Of a DNA stretch of 64,000 nucleotides, positions 23,124 through 36,146 are shown piece after piece (within the stretch, counting starts at the first letter, position 1; each line of letters starts with the position of its first letter). The DNA is from Anthoceros angustus (lineage: Eukaryota; Plantae; Anthocerotophyta), in assembly GCA_010909165.1 (NCBI GenBank), contig MU008151.1, forward strand, positions 992,001-1,056,000, in the 5' to 3' direction. The notes beneath the pieces were generated by a model. The model was not told the DNA's origin and did no database searches. It was given only the letters and a program-made list of their open reading frames with translations. A program made the translations under genes and the position numbers.

Positions 23124-26100
23124 ATGGCGGAAGAGCATGAGGCGGAGGATTGGCGCGCGCTGCCGGTTCTGCAGCAGCTGCTGGATCTGGGCCGGAATGC
23201 CGTGTGCTGCTGACCTGTCCGGAGCAATGAAGAGAGTATGGCGGCTACTGAGTGGGCAAATCCGTGGTGATGAGGAAGGCACTGGCGAGTGCGCAAGCGG
23301 TGTTGACAGCCATTGCCAACTGCCGCAGTCTCGTCACCATTGACCAGGTGGGCCATCGGCTTGGATCGGGAGGATGAAGTGTCGGTTCTGTTGGGGGCCT
23401 GGCGTCCAACCCTTCCTGGAATACTGGTCTGTATGGCTGTGAAGGTTTTGGAAGGCAGGCGGCTTGCGAGGCTCTGGGCCAGCTTGTTGCATCCAGTCGC
23501 AGCTTACGAACACTTTCAGCATGTTGGGCTTGATGCCGCGGACTGGGTGCCCTGGCCAAAGGCTTCAACAAGGATTCTGTCCTGGAAGACTTGGACTTAA
23601 GGGAACGAGGTGGGAGGTGCTGAAGGGCACAGCACCTGGCCCGCATTCTGGCCACGGCTCCCCGTCTCAAGGATCTGTCACTGAAAGACATCGGCATGGA
23701 TGTGGCGGGAGCCCAGTGTATTGCAAATGCTCTTCCGCTCTGTGCCACGCTCCGGTATCTGGCGTTGGATGATGGCGTTGCATTGCGGGGTCCCATTCCC
23801 GGCGGCCTCGGGCCCATGGGCACTGTGCTCAAACTTGCTTTCACCCGCGCGGATGAGGATGAGAATGCCTCCATCTCTGGCGTCACATCTTTATTTGGAT
23901 ATCTCGAAGGATGGGGAGGCAGGCCTGGCAGACGCCCTGGCCGGAATGCTGCGCACCAACGATCGTATCGAGGAGCTTGTCACCACTCCATATGCTCTCA
24001 TCCACGGCCTGGACGGGTTACGCCAACTCCACCATATCTGAACTTCGTCTCGGGACCCATCAGCTGCGACGGATGTGTGGATGCGCCTTGTCCAGTTGCT
24101 CCCGGAATGCAAAGCACTGCGTGTCCTGGACTTGGGCTCTCAAGGGCCACGCCTCGTTCAAGAAAGAGTTGCTGAGATCCTTGGAGGGCAACGCATCTCT
24201 GAAAAAGCTCGACATTTATTGCTGGGACGACCTGGATGATGACATGTTTAGGGACTTGATGAACTGTATTCAAGTCAACAAGACGTTACGGGAGATCGAC
24301 ATCGGGGGGACAACATGGAAAGCGGAAGGAAAGGACGCAATCATCAATGCAGCCTTGGCACGCAATGCCACTCAAGAGGCTTACTGGCCTTTGCTCGTGG
24401 GCAGTCAAGGGCCTGTGAGGCCCAAGGCTGGGCGCCTCTTCCTGTGCGGTGCCCCTTTCGCAGGGAAGACCACTCTCCGCACCACCATGATTCGGGCGTG
24501 GAAACAACAGATAGCCGCATCAAAGTTCCAGCTCGGCCAAGTTCTAGCTCGACTGAAGGGAAAAATATTTCTGCTTGGCGACGGATGGCTTCCGTCACCG
24601 GTACCAGAACGGAAGGCATAGAAATCGAGGTGTTGCGCAACGACCATGATATGCAAGTTACCATGTGGGATCTGGCTGGACAAGCTCACTACCGAGCTCT
24701 GCAAGACTACCTTTTTCCGACCTTCAACCAAGCATGTATCTTCCTGTTTGCGTTCAGCCCATTTGATGATGGGAAACCTCCCAACTGCATCCGTCTAATG
24801 TCCTGCAGGACAGGTTCAGAAGGAGCTTGGCGTACTGGCTTAGGTTCATCAACTCCAATTGTCGCAACGTGGGCTCTACTTTGCCTCAAATATTTGTGGT
24901 GGCAACTCATGTGGATAAGATGAAGCGTTCTGATGCTGAAACATTACCGAATCTCCTTCAACCCGTTCTGACACAGTTGGCCACCGAGTTTGAACAGGTT
25001 GTTCACGTGGAAACAAAAACACTCTTCTCCATGGACGCTCGATCTGCCAACAGTGTGAGGCCCTTGCTGGGCGCACTCATGGAATCGTTTGGAACTCTAT
25101 TTGAAACTAAACTGTTTTGGGTACCCGAGGTATGCAACCGATTGAGTGCTGATTTGACTGCCTGGGTATCCCAACATCCAGCTCAACCGATGGTGAGGAA
25201 ACAGCAACTTCAAACTTTGTTCCAAAACGAGCTACAGAGTCTCCACAAAGGTGGGGTTCAAGATGAGGGGAACGATTGGGAGCCATTCTTGCCTATTTGC
25301 ATGATGTGGGTAGTATCATCTGTTTTCAAGATACAGATGTTGTGGTGATAAATCCACACTGGATCAGTCACAATTTTTAGGGCGACTCATTCACCTTCTA
25401 ACCAGCATGTCTCCGTCTAGAGGTTTGTCGCATTCCTCAGATGGATTTGTTGCTCAAAGTCTGCTTCATTCCACCTTGGATGAGATTCTCAGAGGCACAC
25501 AAACGGAGGGGATTGAAAGGCAACATCTGGTATCGTTGATGACCACTCTCAACTTATGCTATGAAGAGGATGGGACTCGACGTGTCGGATTCTTTGTTCC
25601 CTTCACCATGGCCGCCGGTAATCGTGACGCTCTTCCTGGGACACGAAAGTTGAACTGGGAAACTGCTGATACAGGAAGCAATTACAACTACCTCGGAAGG
25701 AGGTTACAGTGCCTTGACAAGACGAAGACGTTTCTTGGTCCAGGCTTTTTTCCTAGATTCCAAGTACGATAACTACCAACATGTCTTTGTTTTGATGGTG
25801 TGTGTCTTCAACCTGTTTACTGACATTGTGGAGGTTTGCGTATTGCAGGTCTGCCTTCGAAAGGATTTGTTAACCGGATTCCATGGCATGCAACCTCATC
25901 AATATCGTATTGAACGCAACCTCATCAACTTTTGTGCGATGGTATGGTTGTGTTTTGGAAAGCAGTGGGGATATCGGAGAGGACACCGGAGACATCGGTG
26001 ACCATATTGATATTCTGGTGAGGTCATCCAAGAGCAAAGATGAAACTATCGAGTTTCTCAAGGAACATGTGGTTGCAAAGCTTGAAATCTTTTGTGCTTC

Positions 26101-27384
26101 CCTGAAGGCAGTCCGGGAGTCGAGCTTGTGGAAGGAATTATCAGGACCGAGTGTGTCGAAAACCTCACACTCTGTATCTACCGGCATAACCAGTCAGTGC
26201 TAACGCAGGATTTGCTCAAGTGTGTTTTTGCAGTCCAACAAGACTGTACAGGGGAGATTTTCTCCTCAATGGATCTGGCCGACTTCCGCTGGTCGTGGCC
26301 ACCATGTCCTGAAGCCTCTTTGGAGAGTGCCTTTGAGGGAGCTGATGAGCTCTTAAGTACTGGTGAAGTCTTGGATGTCTTGCAAAGGCGACGAACAGGT
26401 CTCCGTCAAACCATATCCAGCATAGATGCAGCTGTAGAGGAAGTCCTGCCTACAGAGGAAGGGGTGCTCGCACAACAAGACGCACCACTTCAAACGTCTC
26501 GGTTTGCCTACCTCCGACGTACTATATCCCTCCCTGGAACTAGTCACTCGGAGATGGGGAGCAACTGTTGCAAACCTTCAATCATGGGATGAGAGATTTG
26601 AAGCACGACGTGAAAATGGTGGATACACGGTTGAAAATGGTGGAGACAGAGGTGAAAGCAGTGGAGTCAAAGTGGATAGAGTTGGCGAGACTTTGCAACG
26701 TGAGATAAGCGATATGAAGACCTGGCAGGAAGATACTCTACAACTCTTGCTTTCGAAGATGGATGAGATTATGAATTTCTCTGCAGAATTAGAAAGCAGT
26801 CAGATACCCAGACGTCCCTACATCACCACTGCAGACGTGGGTCTGGCACAGAGATTGATTGCAGGGGTGCGTGTGGCAAAGCGGCTAAGCTGCACTTCAT
26901 GTGCGAAAACATCTTTGGGAATCACATCGTGCAGGGCCAAACTGGATTTGACTTGACATTGGAGGATGCGAAGTGGAGGTGGATCAGGCCCTTAGCAATC
27001 AACGGTGCAAAGCTATTGCTCTTCCTGGCCAAGGCTGGCCTACACGTGGCTGCCGGCATTGGGGTGCGGTTCCCGACCCTGCTACCAGCTTGGATGGAGC
27101 GGTTTCTGTGGCTGCGGCCTTGGGAATCAGCCCTGTCCCATTTAAATCTGGACCTAACAGGACCAGCTGCGAGCCAGAACACTCCCGTGCAAGAGGCATG
27201 GATTGCTCTGAAGAATCTGTTGCAACCGTTGCTGAGGGATCAAATGGCTGACAAATTCCAACTGCACAAGGTGCAATATCGGAAACGGCAGGATGGAGGA
27301 CGAGGAGTGGCATGGGTTTGCGAACGGTGTATGCGGAGGGAATTACAAGACAAGTCTATCAGCCGCTCTGACGGGAGCAACTAG
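23124..27384 (+). CDS. TRN1-like: TORNADO1-like Roco gene, copy 3 (full length, read through apparent frameshifts)
   Basis: ATG at 23124 (ATGGCGGAAGAGCATGAG), LRRs, P-loop CGAPFAGKTT (~24445-24475), WDLAGQ (~24666-24683), VATHVD, COR, then MCENIFGNHIVQGQTG...VAWVCERC...stop at 27384. Colinear with copy 2. Confidence 0.85.
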
Positions 27385-27759
27385 AACGTCGTGTGTTGCA
27401 GCCTAACTTTGGCATTTGCAGGATGACTCTAGGAGCCATCTGCATCATGTGATTGGATAATGGTAGGTAGACAGGCATTAGACTGTAGAGCCTAATCCTG
27501 CTGTATCTTACATCACTCTTTGCGAAATCCCACCTTTGTCGAATTCGTCCCTTTTTGGTTGTTCAAGCCTCTGACTCTTCCAGAACTGTGGAGGGCCCCT
27601 GGTTGGTGAAGGGAGGGATCCTCCAGAGTGAGCATGCATCAGTGGCCAGGAATGACATCGTGCCCTGCACCTTGGAGTAATGACTAACACAAATTTGATC
27701 TGTGCATCTGTAGATTTTAGGGGTACCAACGTCTTGGGAAGAACAGCCAACCCGAGCTG

Positions 27760-28815
27760 GGACAAGCTGCCAAGACTTGGAAATGGCGAAACTTTCTGGT
27801 GCAGGTCCTTACTCCTTCAGGTAGTCGGTCTTACAGGCAGCAATTGTTCACTACTCATGGTAAGACTTGCCTTGCCAAGGTTTGCAAGTTACTGATGCCA
27901 TCGTGTGTCCGGAACGCACTTGGTGAAAATACAGGTGTCACATGTACTGCCAGGATAGCAGGATATGCCCAGCAGGGGCATGGGCTCACGAACCCTTTGT
28001 CTCTATGGTGCGATAAAGGTTAGGCATGGATGTTCGCGCCTCCTGCAAAGGAGGACACCATAAATCTGGAGAAGGGATGCAACTTCATGTGCAGACTAGA
28101 GAGCAAGCAACGTGTTTGTGGCCAGCACTGGTAAAGGAGATGGTATGCTAGAGACATATTATGTAGCACTGTTTGCAGCAAACCTATGAGCTCGTCACAC
28201 GGCGTGTTCTCGATTGCGTTTCTCAGCCAGTTGTGGGATATGGAGCTATTGCAATTATAGATAGTTCCGGTACCGGTGACATGTTTCGTGCTTCAGGCCT
28301 CGTAGATCGTTTGAATTGATAATTTGTCAAATGTGCAGAAACGACATACTGCAAGTTCACAGGTTTTGAAATTGGGGTGCTAGCAAGCTGGAGGTTATAC
28401 TCATAGTGGACCTCCTGCTCCTGCAATTGGATTTTGCAGCTGGACTCTGGAGGCCTTCTTTCCCAGGCTTTAGAAAATCCTGCTGTCAGGAGAGATCATG
28501 GTTCTCCACAATCTCTGGCAGTTCACTCAAGTTTGCTTTAGACATGTCCAAAGGGTAACCAATACACATGGAGGCACGGACTTGTGAAAGCAGTGCGTCC
28601 AAGGTGAGAAACCGATTGCAAATCACCTCTTCAATGTCCACTGGCTCACTCGGCTAGCAAGAGACATTGCCTGAAGAGACATCCGTCATCTGGATGCACT
28701 GATTGCAGGCTACACCCGCCATGAAGGAGACAGTAAAGTGGACTTTGAGTTGGTCCAGAGAATGAAACAGGATGGCTTGCAACCACATTATCGCATTCCT
28801 TAGTGTACTGACTGA
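27760..28815 (+). pseudogene. Degenerate PLS-class PPR gene
   Basis: IAGYAQQGHG (~27955-27985), LEKG.QLH (~28067-28090) and ALIAGYTRHEGDSKVDFELVQRMKQDGLQ...FLSVL (~28695-28810) are canonical PPR P-motif fragments. Confidence 0.7.
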
Positions 28816-31800
28816 GGCGGATGCTAGGATGGCGGCAGGAGTTAGGATGGCGGCAGGTGCACGGCCGGATTTGTGTTCAAGGAAGGACGATTTCTCTGCC
28901 TAAGTCTGTTTCCTTCAGGAGTCCTGCAGGTGCCCCAGGAAACTGTCGTGACCTGGCGGGACCCTGTCTACTCCAGTTTACAGGGTCCAGCCCTGAAACT
29001 GATCCCTGATGTATCCACTTCTGGCTGGGTAGGATAGATTTTGGTTTGTGAATGTTCTAGTGATGTCGTGAGCTTCCTCTGGACTGCAGAATTAGGATCA
29101 GCAGCTGTACGTGTCATGAGATGGCAGGGTTCGAGCTGCTGCACGGTACTGTACGAAGAAAGTGATCCTGAAAACATTATTGATAAACACTTTGGCTTGT
29201 TCGCAGATACGTAACTGCATTCACCGACGGAGGCATCACTGAATACAGTAATCTGCAAACAAGCCAAAGGTGGTTTATCATTAATGCTTGTCGAGGTGAC
29301 CTTGTCACAAGTGGGAAGCCAATGGCTGAGACGTTGAGGAGGCCAAGTCGTCAGCAAGAGGGCGGGGAGGTTCGACCACTGCGTTCTGTCAGCGATTGTC
29401 TCGAGGTTCTCGAACAGAAGGATGTCAGGAAGGCATGGTTGTACCCAATTCCGTGACATTTGTGTGCCTCTTGCAGGCATGTGAAAATGTGGCAGCCTTG
29501 TGTGTAGGAAGACAGCAACACGCGCAAAACCGTTCATCGTCTTCAAGACGGGGTAGACTGGCCAAATCATTCCGGGCCAGGCAGTCCAGCAGCCGCCGCC
29601 GCCGCCGAGCCGGCAGCGCGCGCAGTCCTTCGCCTCGTCTGCTACACTGTGGTCTCTTTGTCGAACGCGTGGAAAATGTCCGCGCCCAGAACGGGAAAAG
29701 ACTGGCTTCGCACCGGACTTCCTCCATCCAGTCTCTGTTCAGTTCCTGGAGTCCTGCAGGCAAAGGGATGGACCAAGTCAGGAAAAGGACAGTCGTCACC
29801 TCGACTCAAGGCAGCAAATCAGGTGCTAGGTGATGCCGTGTCCTCAACCTAATGAAGTACATACTTTACCCTAAGAAGGCTTGGTTTCCATTTCGCAGAA
29901 GCTGCGAACCTAAGGATCATCGTTCGCTTCGCATCTACGCAGTGGTAGACGTCATCATCCTCAACCCGCCTGTTGCAGCCAGGTGAGGAGCAAGCCGATG
30001 CGGTGCAGTTGTTCACAAGACGTGCACACCAAGGTAGCATATGCTAATCCGAATCGGAACCTTGACAACCTGGCTGCAACCACCTGCAACACCCTAATCC
30101 ACACTGGCACATGCCTCACCATCTCATGCAGAATCCACCATTCCTGCAGCTTGCAAGCAGGTAACAATGCAGGGAGCAGGGCACGATGTCGTTACTAGCC
30201 GTTCATGCATGCTGATGAGACTGGAAGATCCTTCCCAGCTCTGCCCTAGCTGGGAATCATACCTCTTCGTCATTCAGTGACTTGTGAGCTGTGAGTGCAG
30301 AGTCTCGGAGTTCACACGCCCTTCGGGTCCAGAGTTTTGTGCAACGAAGGCTCGGTGTCATCTGAGTCTGCCGCCTCACACCCAACTCCACTCTGCTTGT
30401 CAGGCAAGTCAAAATCCGAAAGTGGTGCTTGCTCCTGGGGTCCCTAACTCAGACTCTCGAAGCTTTACATCCATTGTGCTAAGTGCGGCATCCTACAAAG
30501 CTCGAAGCTGAGACCAGGTTGAGGACTGTAGTTTGCCCTCTTTTACTCAAGGGACTGTAGGAATACCAGACTCTGAAACAACAGGGCCCAAACCAACCGG
30601 GAACCCAAACTGCACCAGCTTAGAGGATTGTGAAGACTTGTGAATGTCCCATCGCCGGTTGAAATCGGGAACTGCTTCGTCCGCAATGGCCCTTGCTAGG
30701 ACGGTGGAGCTTGCCAAGATCGCTGTATTGGTGATCATTCTGGAGTCAAAGGACACTTCAAGATAATAGAGGAGATGCTGTAGCTCCGGGGCAGGAACCA
30801 AAGCAGGCGATTTTAACTGACTCTTGCAATGAAGGGGTAAGCTGCAGAGAGGCAGGCTGGGAGTCAATCCGCCCAGAGGTGGAGAGCCTGGAGCATAGTA
30901 CACGGAATGCAGGGCATGCAACTACAGGTGCTTTAAGTACCAAGAATTTGCTGCCTGGGCTACTGAACTTGGAGGATCAAAGTCCTCCATTAGGAGATGC
31001 GGTGGAGGGCCTTGCAGCTGACCAAGGTGACAGTGGTTCAATTTTTGGGGTGGTAGAGTCATTGCCTGCTGGTGTATCGAGGTTGCTAAGAGGCATTTCA
31101 ACAGAAACTTCTGCTGTGAACGTTGTTGAGAAACAGGTTCGATTCTGCACCTTCTTTCTCAAGATAGTATAACCAAGCCTCATCTTGCAGATGTTTTCTT
31201 CATTGCAAATGCTCAGTGTGTGTAGTTGCCTACTGTTTGAAGAGGTGCCCAGGTAGACGCATTGTACACCCCTTTCTGGATGAAAAGGCCATGCATGCAT
31301 CTCTTGTTGCCTGGTTAGGTTAAAACTATCTAAAGACGAGATTAAGCCACTGGGAAAGATGCAGAAATATAGAGGGTCAAATTCTTCCATAGCTATGTCG
31401 TCACCTAGTTCATGAAACTGGTAGATTAAAATGGGAATTGTGGCCAGAAGAGCGCCTGGATAAGAAAGTGTTAACCTGTGCTAACTTTAATATATGCTCC
31501 TGGTATGCACAAATAGGTCCCATGACATGCAGCAGGTGAAGAGTGGCTTGTAGAAAGTCTCACTATCCAAGAAGTAGGAACATGTGAGAGATTAGGAGAG
31601 GGTGTATACAATCTACAGCCAAGCCTTGGCAGACCAGACCACACCACATCAAGGAAGCAACGAACATCCTTTACCTGTAGCGCAAACCATGTGTCCAATC
31701 CTCTAAATTCCGAATGACAAATGAGCTCTTCAAGAAGCTAGGCAAACTGTGCCCATGTTTTGAAAATCCTGTATGCCACGCTTTGCAAGGCTTGTCCTGT

Positions 31801-33497
31801 TTTACCAGGGTTAGACTGTTCTTTCGCTCAGCTTTGCTGGATGGATGGACTGTGGTGCGTGAAATTTATTCGTGATGTAAAGCCTGTGAAGATTGGGAGC
31901 GTGAAAGGACATCAACTCTGAAAAGGTTAGCATTGGTAGCTTTGCACAGCGCGTTGAGATTGGCAGACGGAGAGGACAAATTAACTCTTGAGAGGTTGGG
32001 ATCGATAGGTCTGCACAGGCGTTCTTTACCGGTCAGGCCGGTCTATGTCTTGAGCAAGGGAGCCTCGCAGCAGGCGATGTCCGATCGGCTATGAAGCTCT
32101 CTATTGTCCCGACATCGTAAAGCTCCAACCCCGGCACACCGACAAGCTGTCGCACCAATCCCCTTCCGTGTCTATCCCATGTGCCTGTGCCTTTCTCCAT
32201 AATCGCGTGGACGTCCGTCAACAACGCTGCGTGGTCCGGATTCCCACCTTCGCGGCACTCCCGATCTTTCGCCTCCCGCAAGATGGCGAAGAACATTTTC
32301 GCCTCTCGCGCTCGAGCATTCCGTTTCACGCACGGAAGATGGCTGGCAGCTTTCTTCGCATCCTCCGGGATAGCAGAAGCGGTGCCATGCCGCCTGGCCG
32401 CTTCGTCGTCACGGGCAATGGGCGGCGCGGAAAAGGCGTTCACGTTCGCTGCGGTGTTGGGGTGACGCCGCTCACCCGAGCGGAGGGCGTCGCCGTCCTT
32501 TCTTCCGCCCCGCTCATTTCCGTACCTGCCCTCGCAATGCATTGAGAGCCCCCGTCCGGCGATGTCGCCTTGATGCCACACAGTGACGGCGCCAGCGTCC
32601 GACTGCATCCCGAACCATGTCGTCGCTCCACCGTGACACCGTCCCCACCGCCCGCATCCTCTTCTTGACGCACCTCTTCGTCTTCCAACACGCCCGGCTT
32701 TTGGCGGTAGTTACGGAGCATGTCATCGGATCTGGGATCCCACATATAACGGCGCACCACGCAAAGCGTTAAGCGCTCTCGGATGCGGTCTTTGGAGGGA
32801 AGAGGTGGCTCGTCTGTGAGGAGCGGTCGGTGCCGCTGCGGCTTGCACCTTCGATTTCGCTCGATGAAGCGGCCGGGCCCAAAGAGCTGCGGGCAAAGCG
32901 GAAGAAGCGCCACAGTCGGCGGCCGGCGACCGGTGCGAGCTCGAATTCAACCATCGCCTCGCCCCACGGGCATGGCGGTAGGACGTGCAACTCGGCAGCG
33001 GTGCAATCCCGCTCAATCCGCGACAAACCGCCTCTCCCCATCACGCTTGTCCTAAGTGGATGCCCTCGTATATGCGATTCGGAACCGTGATCTTCAACTT
33101 CTTCATGTGCATGCGACCATGCGCGCATGACGCCATCCCCTTTCCCGTCTCCCCACGCTGAGACCATTATCGGGTGATTAGGCGTTGTGTCAGAATGTTT
33201 CCAATCGCCGCGCGGACCTCTTCCGGCGCACTTGGGCGAAGGTGCATTCCGCTTCCCTGAGGAGGTTCCTACCCGCTTGATGCCACCTTGGGAAGTAGGC
33301 TGTGGCTACTTGGCCGGAGGACCGCGCGGCGGCGGGTGTCACAGCACACCCGCGGGCCCTGCTGCGTTCCGCGTCTAGCGCAAGTCTGCGGAGGCCGTCG
33401 AAGAAGCACTGGGCACGAAGGTGGGCGTCCTTCCGATGGGGGGGTTACATTGGAAAACATTGTCATCGTCATCGTCGTCGTGTACCCAATCCTCCAA

Positions 33498-33706
33498 GAT
33501 GTCGTCACCGCAATCGGTAAATTCAACTGCGGCGGCGCTCAGGCCTTTCGTCGGTGGCCATGCCTACGGTCACGAAGATTGCGGTCGCGGTGAAATTCGA
33601 GATGTCGCCACCGCAATCGTACTCATTCAACTGCGCGCGACGGCCGCCTTTTCGGTTGGCTATGCCTACAAGAAGATTGCAGATCGCAGCTGAAATTCGA
33701 GATGTC
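33498..33706. repeat. ~101-bp tandem duplication (2.1 units)
   Basis: GATGTCG.CACCGCAATCG...TGAAATTCGA units start at 33498 and 33601, with a partial third at 33701. Confidence 0.8.
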
Positions 33707-35209
33707 CGCCTGTGAACCGGAGTGATGTGCAGACATCGAGCGCGAGAGAAGAAAGCCAGCGATCGTCAGATGTCACATATCAATTGCAATAACCCTCCGG
33801 AACTGCGGTACTGATCGCCGTTTCCCGCCCTCAACACTCCTCCAGCACGCCGAGAGAGGTCCGGGCCATTACTATGTGCAATCGCGCCCCCAAAACTTAT
33901 CATCCCGCTGTTTGCCAGAGACATAATTGGATGCCTGTATATGCTGCATGGGAACATGTGCCCCGTTATTAAGGCGATCGACGGAGGCGACGCGCGCTTG
34001 CCGCCTCTCCAAACAGAGTAGCCGGGTCAAGGGATGTCGCCATTAAGTGCGATAAGAGCGTGAAGGGCAGCATGTCTGATTGAAGATAAACGCTATGAAC
34101 CCGCGTGGGAGAAAACGCCCCTCGCTGCATGCGGAGCGCGCAGTAAGGAAGGGTTGATGGGCACGCCACAGGCCAGAGACATTCTGCAATGGAGCGGAGG
34201 CTCCATATCGCGCGCTCCGTGGTTCGCAAAAGGTTCCGGATGTCTTGTCTGTTTTGCACACGCAATGCAAAGAAAGAAGGCCGCCCATGGAAGTGACCAG
34301 CCGCACGATGTGGCGCGAAGTCAAGGCCTGCCATTTCGTCAACTCCGTACGCAGGAAATGCCATTTGTCCTGTGCAATACATTGCATACACCTGATCGCA
34401 TGCATTTATACCGATGAACCCCGGCCTTGTTTCCAAATGCCGGCTTCCAATTTTGTAACTCATTATCACGAGCGGACATGGCAAATTTGTCGATTTTCAT
34501 GTCTGCACGGCCTTCGACACATAGGAGGCGGGTGAAGCAGTGGCCAGTATTTCTGTACCACCATCCTTGGGTTTTGGTGTACCATGAAAATGGACTTTGT
34601 ACAGTAACAGGACAATGAAAACAAAGCCACCCTGAAAACTAGCCTACGGAAATGAACTAACAACTCCTGGAGAAAGAAGAACAAGTGTTTCATGCCAGAG
34701 TATAGAAGAGGGGGAAGCATAGCAACCGAGAGAAAAGAAGGATGGGAAGAACATTCAATTCTTTGCAGTGCAACGTGGAAGGGACATGTAGCGGAGAACA
34801 AGTTACTCCGCTTGTAGTGAAGGGAGTTTCCACGTGCTAGAACACAATGTTAGAGGAGGGAACTATTGGAAAACACATTGTGCAGATAATGATGGGATTT
34901 CACCTATCTCGATATATATAGACATATAGTTTGTTTATGCCTATATGTCTGCATGTCTATATATGTCTGCATTCCTGCAGATATAGACATGTATGACATA
35001 TAAGTTAATTTCCTTAGCCTATGGCGCAGGAACATTGTACAGGATGATGCGAAAGAAAGCCATGGGACAAGGGAAGAGGAGGGGAAAACTGGAAAACAAC
35101 TTCTGCAACAGCATGTTTGTTTCTCCCCGTACTCCTGCATATATAGGCATATATTTCATATACATTATTCGGTATATTGCATATATGTGTACATATACTT
35201 TTTTTCTTG

Positions 35210-36146
35210 ACTTATTCAAATAGCTCCTTGGCCTTTGGTGGAAGGGACATTGCATGCATTGGTTTTTGGAAGGGAGGTGAAGAATGAATGTCTATATATG
35301 CAGGAGGGAAGTAAAATGCGAACATGGTGGTCCACAAGTTTGGGTCCATTTTTTCTCTCCTCTAACCTTGGCACATTTCAAATTGTTCCATGCACCATGG
35401 GCAAAGTTCCTTGGCCCATGGCGAAGGAACTTTTTCCAGGGTGCATGTAGAAGATTGCCTCCTTTTATTCCCCTCTCCGTCGTTCCGCTATGACAAATTT
35501 TTTCTCATGAATTATTCAAAAACCTCCTTGGCCTTTGGTGGAAGGGACATTGGATGCCATGGTTTTTGGAAGTGAGGTGAAGAATGAATGTCTATATATG
35601 CAGGAGGAGAGTAAAATTCCAACATGGTGGTCCACAAGTTTGGGTCCATTATTCCCTCCTCTCTGTAGGCACATTGCAAATTGTTCCATGCACCATGGAC
35701 AAAGTTCCTTGGCCCATGGCGAAGGAACTTTTTCCGTGGTGCATGTAGAAGATTGCCTCCTTTTATTCCCTCCGCTGCTATGACAATTTTTTTCTCATGA
35801 ATTATTCAAAACCTCCTTGGCCTTTGGTGGAAGGGACATTGGATGCCATGGTTTTGGAAGTGAGGTGAAGAATGAATGTCTATATATGCAGGAGGAGAGT
35901 AAAATTCAACATGGTGGTCCACAAGTTTGGGTCCATTATTTCCTCCTCTCTGTAGGCACATTGCAAATTGTTCCATGCACCATGGACAAAGTTCCTTGGC
36001 CCAAGGCGAAGGAACTTTTTCCAGGGTGCATGGAGAAGATTGCCTCCTTGTATTCCCATCTCCGTCGTTCCGCAATGACAATTTTTTTCCCATGAATTAT
36101 TCAAAAACCTCCTTGGCCTTTGGTACAAGGGACACTGCATGCCATG
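35210..36146. repeat. ~297-bp tandem satellite, 3 units plus a partial unit
   Basis: CTCCTTGGCCTTTGGT.GAAGGGACA recurs at 35224, 35524, 35813 and 36109, with colinear unit content. Confidence 0.92.
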
